Under the pieces are notes generated by a model. The model worked only from the letters and a program-made list of their open reading frames with translations. It was not told the DNA's origin and did no database searches. A DNA stretch of 31,953 nt from Macrostomum lignano (Eukaryota), in contig NIVC01004901.1 of NCBI GenBank assembly GCA_002269645.1, positions 1-31,953 on the forward strand. The letters are read 5' to 3'. Shown here piece by piece: positions 1 to 31,953 of the stretch. How positions within the stretch are numbered: the first letter of the stretch is position 1; each line of letters starts with the position of its first letter. The translations under genes and the position numbers were made by a program.

Positions 1-19
1 CTTAATATGAGAGTAAAGT

Positions 20-752
20 GTACGTCCCAATAACCATCCCTAAAATACGTCCAATAACCATCCCTAAATACGTCCCAATAACCATCCCTAAATACGTCCA
101 ATAACCATCCCTAAATACGTCCTAATAACCATCCCTAAATACGTCCAATAACCATCCCTAAATACGTCCAATAACCATCCCTAAATACGTCCCAATAACC
201 ATCCCTAAATGCGTCCCAATAACCATCCCTAAATACGTCCCAATAACCATCCCTAATACGTCCCAATAACCATCCCTAAATACGTCTCAATAACCATCCT
301 AATGCGTCCCAATAACCATCCCTAAATACGTCCCAATAACCATCCTAAATACGTCCCAATAACCATCCCTAATGCGTCCAATAACCATCCTAAATACGTC
401 CCAATAACCATCCTAATGCGTCCATAATAACCATCCTAACCATCCCTTAATACGTCCCAATAACCATCCAAATACGTCCCAATAACCATCCCTAATACGT
501 CAAAGATAGTCATTCCAAACACGTCCTAATAACCATCCCTAATAAATCAAAAATAGCCATTCCAAATACGTCCCAATAACCATCCAAATACGTCCAATAA
601 CCATCCCTAATACGTCAAAGATAGTCATTCCAAACACGTCCTAATAACCATCCCTAATAAATCAAAAATAGCCATTCCAAATACGTCCCAATAACCATTC
701 CTAATACGTCCCAATAGCCATACCTAATGCGTCCCAATAACCATCCTAAATA
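20..752. repeat. ~23-24 bp minisatellite (AATACGTCCCAATAACCATCCCTA)n with an internal ~117-bp higher-order duplication
   Basis: Direct inspection; units vary mainly in homopolymer length. Confidence 0.95.
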
Positions 753-1009
753 AGCCTTAATACTATTGTATTCCCAACGAATGCAAAGTAAATTCTTATT
801 TTATATCTATGGCTCAGCCATGGTTAAATATACAGACAAGTGAGTCGCAGCCCAGAGGCTGATCATTATCTTCTTAGACAAGAGCGAGTGCACCAACAAT
901 ACAACAAATACCACCTCAAAATCGGCCCTAATGCCGCCCGAAAACCGCCATTAGTTCGCTTATCTATACTACTCCAAAACCGCCCCTGCAGTACCGCACT
1001 CATACTCAC

Positions 1010-25676
<24,667 letters not shown>

Positions 25677-25731
25677 CTGGTTGTTGTGGGTATCGATTTG
25701 GATATCAGGTAGGCGGGATAGCTTAGGCCTG

Positions 25732-26580
25732 GCATACCCGATGTCTTTATGACTGGATTGATGAGCATACCCGATGTCTTTATGACTGGATTGATGAGCA
25801 CACCCGATGTCTTTATGACTGGATTGATGAGCATACCCGATGTCTTTATGACTGGATTGATGAGCACACCCGATGTCTTTATGACTGGATTGATGAGCAC
25901 ACCCGATGTCTTTATGACTGGATTGATGAGCATACCCGATGTATTTATGACTGGATTGATGAGCATACCCGATGTCTTTATGACTGGATTGATGAGCATA
26001 CCCGATGTATTTATGACTGGATTGATGAGCATACCCGATGTCTTTATGACTGGATTGATGAGCACACCCGATGTCTTTATGACTGGATTGATGAGCATAC
26101 CCGATGTCTTTATGACTGGATTGATGAGCACACCCGATGTCTTTATGACTGGATTGATGAGCACACCCGATGTCTTTATGACTGGATTGATGAGCACACC
26201 CGATGTCTTTATGACTGGATTGATGAGCACACCCGATGTCTTTATGACTGGATTGATGAGCATACCCGATGTCTTTATGACTGGATTGATGAGCACACCC
26301 GATGTCTTTATGACTGGATTGATGAGCATACCCGATGTCTTTATGACTGGATTGATGAGCACACCCGATGTCTTTATGACTGGATTGATGAGCATACCCG
26401 ATGTCTTTATGACTGGATTGATGAGCACACCCGATGTCTTTATGACTGGATTGATGAGCATACCCGATGTCTTTATGACTGGATTGATGAGCACACCCGA
26501 TGTCTTTATGACTGGATTGATGAGCACACCCGATGTCTTTATGACTGGATTGATGAGCACACCCGATGTCTTTATGACTG
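25732..26580. repeat. 33-bp minisatellite (CA(T/C)ACCCGATGTCTTTATGACTGGATTGATGAG)n, ~25 near-identical copies
   Basis: Direct inspection; 11-aa periodic ORFs. Confidence 0.97.
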
Positions 26581-26879
26581 TATCTTATTGATGGTCGGTA
26601 CCCGATGACTCGTACTCGGTGAACACATTCTCTATTGCCTAGTTTGAGTTGGAGTCTCGGCATGGCTCCTAAATGGAAAATCACCATGACTCTCTTCTGC
26701 ACATCCGCAGGGTTTTCCCCTTCAGATTCCGAAAATTTGCGAATGAGGCAGTTGGGCTTTCCTGGGTCAATCCTATAATTGAGTTTGATCAAGCAGTCTG
26801 CTCTGTTTATCTTCATCGATTTTCGAAAAAAATTCTGCTGCGGACCTTTGGACAATGGCATAGGGGCTACTCGGTAGAG

Positions 26880-27780
26880 AAGGATAGAAGAGATGGGAGA
26901 AAAAAGCAGAGGGAAATAGAGGGAGAAAGGGTCGCAATAAAAGGAGAGAGTGAGAGATGGGAAAGAAAGACGGAGAGAGGGAGACTAGGGAAAGATGAGG
27001 GAGAAGTTGAGATTGAAGAAAGGGATAGACTGGAGAGAGGGTGAGAGGCGAGAGAGAGGGAAAGATGGGAGAGAGGGAGAGAAAGGAGAGAGAGGTAGAC
27101 AATGAGAGATGGTAAAGAGGTTAAGAAAGGAGAGGGTGACAGGGGAGAGAGAGATGGGAGAGAGAGTGAGAGTTCAGAGAGGTTGAGATGGGAGAGGAAG
27201 ATGGGAGAGAGAGATTGGAGATGGAGAGAGAGATGGGAGATGGAGAGAGAGATAGGAGATGAAGAGAGAGAAGCAGAGATCAGAGAGAGAGTAAGATTGG
27301 AGAGAGGGAGAGAAAGGACAGAGAGGGAGACAGTGAGAGATGAGACAGAGGTTGAGATGGGAAAGAGAGATGGGAGAGAGAGATGGGAGAGAGATGAGAG
27401 AGAGATGGAGAGATGAGAGAGAGATTGAGAGATGAGAGAGAGTGAGATGGGAGAGAGAGTGAGTTTAGAGAGGGTGAGATGGGAGAGGGTGAGATGGGAG
27501 AGAGATGAGAGAGAGATGGAGAGATGAGAGACAATGAGATGGGAGAGAGAGTGAGATTAGAGAGGTGAGATAGGAGAGAGGGTGAGATGGGAGAGAGAGT
27601 GAGAGGGAGAGAGAGTGAGATTAGAGAGGTGAGATAGGAGAGAGGGTGAGATAGGAGAGAGGGTGAGATGGGAGAGAGTGAGAGGGAGAGAGAGTGAGAT
27701 TAGAGAGGTGAGATAGGAGAGAGGTGAGATAGGAGAGAGGGTGAGATGGGAGAGAGAGTGAGAGGGAGATAGTGAGAGAT
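26880..27780. repeat. GA-rich polypurine repeat (GAGAGGGTGAGATGGGA-like)
   Basis: Direct inspection. Confidence 0.9.
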
Positions 27781-28261
27781 ACATGTGGCAGACAGTACAC
27801 AGCAGAGAGGGTGGCTAGTCAGCAGCAGCACAAAAGTGAGTTGCACTCACAGCCATTGGTTTTCTACCCGCCCCAACCTCAAGTCTGCCGCTAAAAGCCA
27901 ACGTGAAACTTCCGAAAGCTTGCCAGTTATAATGTGCAGAGTGGATCGCTAACTCTCAATCTAAACTGATTAACACTATCTAAACCCTGTGCCCTAGTCA
28001 GTTATAATAGTTAGCATTTGCACTTCAAGTGCGAAGAATATGCTGCTCACTTACGTATTAATTGTCTCACTAATGAGCCAGTGCAACTATGATAGGCGCT
28101 ATCTTATCTTCAAGGCAGACAATGGCTCAGACTAATTTTCTTGGTCCGACTACTGGCTTCCTAATGCTATTGCGCAGTTTAAACTGCGCCTATTGATCTG
28201 TGCAAACCTGTTTAGTCCGTTTCGCTTAAGTCATCACTTTTAGCTTGCTGACTGGTGGGTT

Positions 28262-29432
28262 CTCTGTTCTCTCACCCTCTCACACTCACCATCTCACCCT
28301 CTCACCTCTCTCACCTCTCTCACTCTCTCACCTCTCTCACCCTCTCTCACCTCTCTCACCCTCTCACCCTCTCACACTCACCATCTCACCATCTCACCCT
28401 CTCACCTCTCTCACCTCTCTCACTCTCTCACCTCTCTCACCCTCTCACCTCTCTCACTCTCTCACCCTCTCACACTCACCATCTCACCATCTCACCCTCT
28501 CACCTCTCTCACCTCTCTCACTCTCTCACCTCTCTCACCCTCTCACCTCTCTCACTCTCTCACCTCTCTCACCCTCTCACACTCTCAAACTCACCATCTC
28601 ACCCTCTCACACTCACCATCTCACCCTCTCACCTCTCTCACTCTCTCACCTCTCTCACCCTCTCACCCTCTCACCCTCTCACAGTCTCACACTCTCACAC
28701 TCTCACACTCTCACACTCTCACACTCTCACCCTCTCACACTCTCACTCTCTTACCTCTCTCACTCTCTCACCTCTCTCACTCTCTCACCCTCTCACCCTC
28801 TCACACTCACCATCTTACCCTCTCACCCTCTCTCACACACCCTCTCATCCTCTCACTCTCTCACACTCACCATCTCACACTCTCACCCTCTCACCCTCTC
28901 ACACTCACCCTCTCACCCTCTCACTCTCTCACACTCACCATCTCACCCTCTCACCCTCTCACCCTCTCACACTCACCCTCTCACCCTCTCACTCTCTCAC
29001 ACTCACCATCTCACCCTCTCACCCTCTCACCCTCTCACACTCACCCTCTCACCCTCTCACACTCACCATCTCACCCTCTCACCCTCTCACACTCACCCTC
29101 TCACCCTCTCACCCTCTCTCACACACCCTCTCATCCTCTCACTCTCTCACACTCACCATCTCACACTCTCACCCTCTCTCACACACCCTCTCATCCTCTC
29201 ACCCTCTCACACTCACCTTCTCATCCTCTCACCCTCTCACACTCACCCTCTCACTCTCTCACACTCCCCATCTCACCCTCTCACCCTCTCTCACACACCC
29301 TCTCATCCTCTCACCCTCTCACACTCACCCTCTCACCCTCTCACTCTCTCACACTCACACTCACACTCTCACCCTCTCACCCTCTCTCCCTCTCACACTC
29401 TCACCCTCTTACCCTCTCTCCCTCTCACCCTC
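28262..29432. repeat. TC-rich polypyrimidine repeat (CTCTCACC / CTCTCACA / CACCATCT)n
   Basis: Direct inspection; motifs are complementary to the 26880-27780 block. Confidence 0.92.
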
Positions 29433-29719
29433 TGCATCTCAGCCCCCACCGCCCGCAGTCAGCCATCTGCTTACGCCACTCCCGCCTCTCCTCGCTTCCT
29501 TCCCGTCTCCCCCAACTCTTTCCGCCCGAGGCAGCCGCCTGCCCCCATTCAGCCATTCAGACTTCATGCCTGAAGAATCGGAACTCGCGTGGCCCGCTTG
29601 TACTGAGGGGTGGCTGAGCGGCTGTCGAATAACTGAAAGCTCCATGCAGCTACTCAGGCCTCCGTCTCAACCTCTCTCTTCTCCTCGCTTGACAACTCAT
29701 CAATCATCCAACGCCTTAC

Positions 29720-29784
29720 AATGGGTATCCCGTATCCTGGTATTATTTGAAGAAATTCAATAAAACGATGCACTTTTTCGGGCT
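29720..29784 (-). CDS. Candidate upstream exon (KPEKVHRFIEFLQIIPGYGIPI)
   Basis: cttctacag| acceptor, ATT|gtaagg donor, 65 nt, phase 1/0, in frame with the 30420-30540 exon; its link to the PDZ exons is unproven. Confidence 0.45.
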
Positions 29785-30017
29785 CTGTAGAAGAGCAGCG
29801 TGCGCGGGTAGTTGTTCGAGGAGGTCGTAAAATAAATTCGAGTCAAGACTCGATTTTCTATTTTTTTAGGACAGCTGAAAAACTAGCTGGAAAAGCTGGA
29901 AATTTATGAAAGCTAATTTTATGCAATTTTCTGTTCATTTCATTTTTTGCGTCTTCATAACTTAACCAATTTTCATGCCAACGATTTTACATCACCTCTG
30001 TTGTTCTTCATCTGTAG

Positions 30018-30365
30018 TTTCCCTACCTCCCTACATCTCTCCCTACCTCCCTACATCTATACCTACCTCCCTACATCTATACCTACCTCCTTACATCTAT
30101 ACCTACCTCCCTACATCTATACCTACCTCCCTACATCTATACCTACCTCCCTACATCTATACCTATCTCCCTACATCTATACCTACCTCCCTGCGTCTCT
30201 CCTGAACTCCGTTACATCTCTCCTTATCTCCCTACATCTCTTCTTGCCTCTCTACATCTATCCCTACCTTTCTACATCTCTCTTTGCCTTCCTACATCTC
30301 TGCTTACCTCCCTACATCTCTACCTAACTCTCTACATCCCTCCATACGTCCCTACATCTATCTTT
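30018..30365. repeat. 20-bp minisatellite (CTACATCTATACCTACCTCC)n, decaying rightwards
   Basis: Direct inspection. Confidence 0.9.
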
Positions 30366-30419
30366 CTCTTCACCTCCTTACGTCTCTCTAAACCTCCCAG
30401 GATCAGTACAAAGACTTAC

Positions 30420-30540
30420 TGAAATACTTCTTGCAGAAGTCTCTGTCGAAGACCAGACTACTATTTGTACCCGAGATTCTCAAGTACAAGGTAGACAGCG
30501 AACGACGCAGGTTGCCGAGTGATTTATGACGCTTCATTCT
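30420..30540 (-). CDS. Candidate upstream or first coding exon (R-MKRHKSLGNLRRSLSTLYLRISGTNSSLVFDRDFCKKYF)
   Basis: gaatag|AGA ATG (ATG at 30537), A|gtaagt donor, only open frame, phase-compatible with 29720-29784. Confidence 0.45.
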
Positions 30541-31084
30541 CTATTCAGCTCGTTAAAATAAATTTACTAATTTGGCAATAATAAAGTCGTCCTGACAAAC
30601 GGGGCCCAAACCAACCGCATGTCGGCACTAATGAAGTCAGTCTGTGCCTATCTCTCTGACTCTGCATTTTTTTTTTGTTAGAGATTAAACCGCAGTTGCT
30701 GAGGGGCCTCGAATGTACATGCTTGAGAGAGAGGGGGGCGAGAGGGGTACAGAAAAGGACAGCATGGAAATCATGTCACACTGCGCAGCGCATGTGCGAA
30801 TTCACATGCTCTCTCTCTCTCTTTTTCTCACCGCCGAGAGAAAAAATACGTAGAAAGTGTGTACATGCAGCTATTCGAAACCAGAGAAATTCGAAATTAT
30901 TTTAGCAGGAAGAAAATCTTTCTATAGTTCTTTGTATGCTGAGAGTCAGGAGAGCGGGGTGGACAGGGTGTTCGCCGTGATTTTGGTTACACATTCGATG
31001 TGTATCGAATTGAAAGCCTGCAAAAAACCCTGTCTGTGCAAAATAAGAGATAGATCATGCGAGTTTAGTGTGGAACAGAACAGC

Positions 31085-31953
31085 TGTGAGACTAGATGCT
31101 AGATGTGAGACTAGATGCTAGATGTGAGACTAGATGCCAGATGTGAGACTAGATGCCAGATGTGAGACTAGATGCCAGATGTGAGACTAGATTCCCAATG
31201 GGAGACTAGATGCCAGATGTGAGACTAGATGCCAGATGTGAGACTAGATGCCAGATGTGAGACTAGATGCCAGATGTGAGACTAGATGCCAGATGTGAGA
31301 CTAGATGCCAGCTGTGAGACTAGATGCCAGATGTGAGACTAGATGCCAGATGTGAGACTAGATTCCCAGATTGTGAGACTAGATGCCAGATGTGAGACTA
31401 GATGCCAGATGTGAGACTAGATGCAGATGTGATGAAACTAGATGCCAGCTGTAGAGATGTGAGACTAGACCAGATGTGAGACTAGATGCCTAGATGTGAG
31501 ACTAGATGCAAGATGTGAGACTAGATGCCAGATGTGAGACTAGATGCCAGATGTGAGACTAGATGCCAGATGTGAGACTAGATGCAAGATGTGAGACTAG
31601 ATGCCAGATGTGAGACTAGATGCCATATGTGAAACTAGATGCCAGATGTGAGACTAGATGCCAGATGTGAGACTAGATGCCAGATGTGAGACTAGATGCC
31701 AGATGTGAGACTGGATGCCAGATGTGAGACTAGATGCCATATTGGGACTAGATGCCAGATGTGAGACTAGATGCCAGATGTGAGACTAGATGCCAGATGT
31801 GAGACTAGATGCCAGATGTGAGACTAGATGCCAGATGTGAGACTAGATGCCAGATGTGAGACTAGATGCCAGATGTGAGACTAGATGCCAGATGTGAGAC
31901 TAGATGCCAGATGTGAGACTAGATGCAGATGTGAGACTAGATGCCAGATGTGA
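31085..31953. repeat. 19-bp minisatellite (GATGTGAGACTAGATGCCA)n, running off the window end
   Basis: Direct inspection. Confidence 0.97.

Noticed and set aside
25732-26580. CRISPR-like array (33-bp repeats); the same idea for the 23-bp and 33-bp arrays elsewhere
   Set aside because: Units are head-to-tail with no unique spacers, there are no cas genes, and the context is a eukaryotic intron.
29834-29857. Hairpin TCGAGTC-AA-GACTCGA (and TTTTTCTC-accgccga-GAGAAAAA near 30822-30845) as terminator or MITE end
   Set aside because: Short isolated stems expected by chance, with no paired terminal repeats or target-site duplication; intrinsic terminators do not apply to this genome.

Overview
This is eukaryotic (metazoan) genomic DNA, not a prokaryotic accessory region. 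Short GC-rich exons separated by introns each filled with a different 4-33 bp tandem array resemble the repeat-rich flatworm Macrostomum lignano; that species call is inference. (1) The backbone is a large multi-PDZ scaffold gene of the MPDZ/PATJ family on the minus strand. I reconstructed about 13 exons by hand between 25676 and 1010, covering domains equivalent to MPDZ PDZ4-PDZ8 and the start of the next PDZ; the gene runs off the left edge, and two candidate upstream exons lie at 29.7-30.5 kb. (2) The 6.86-kb intron that splits its PDZ4-equivalent domain contains an antisense, apparently intronless gene of about 1,290 aa with about 19 ankyrin repeats and an unrecognised C-terminal region, broken by one frameshift. 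(3) A tRNA-derived CORE-type SINE at about 12646-12990 has had its Pol III A-box amplified into a ~1.25-kb tandem array. (4) About 20 micro/minisatellite arrays occur; several abut splice sites or form inverted pairs bracketing exons. Several frameshifts fall in homopolymer runs and are most simply explained as long-read consensus errors. All exon calls come from manual translation and GT-AG inspection, and all homologies are from memory, not database searches.
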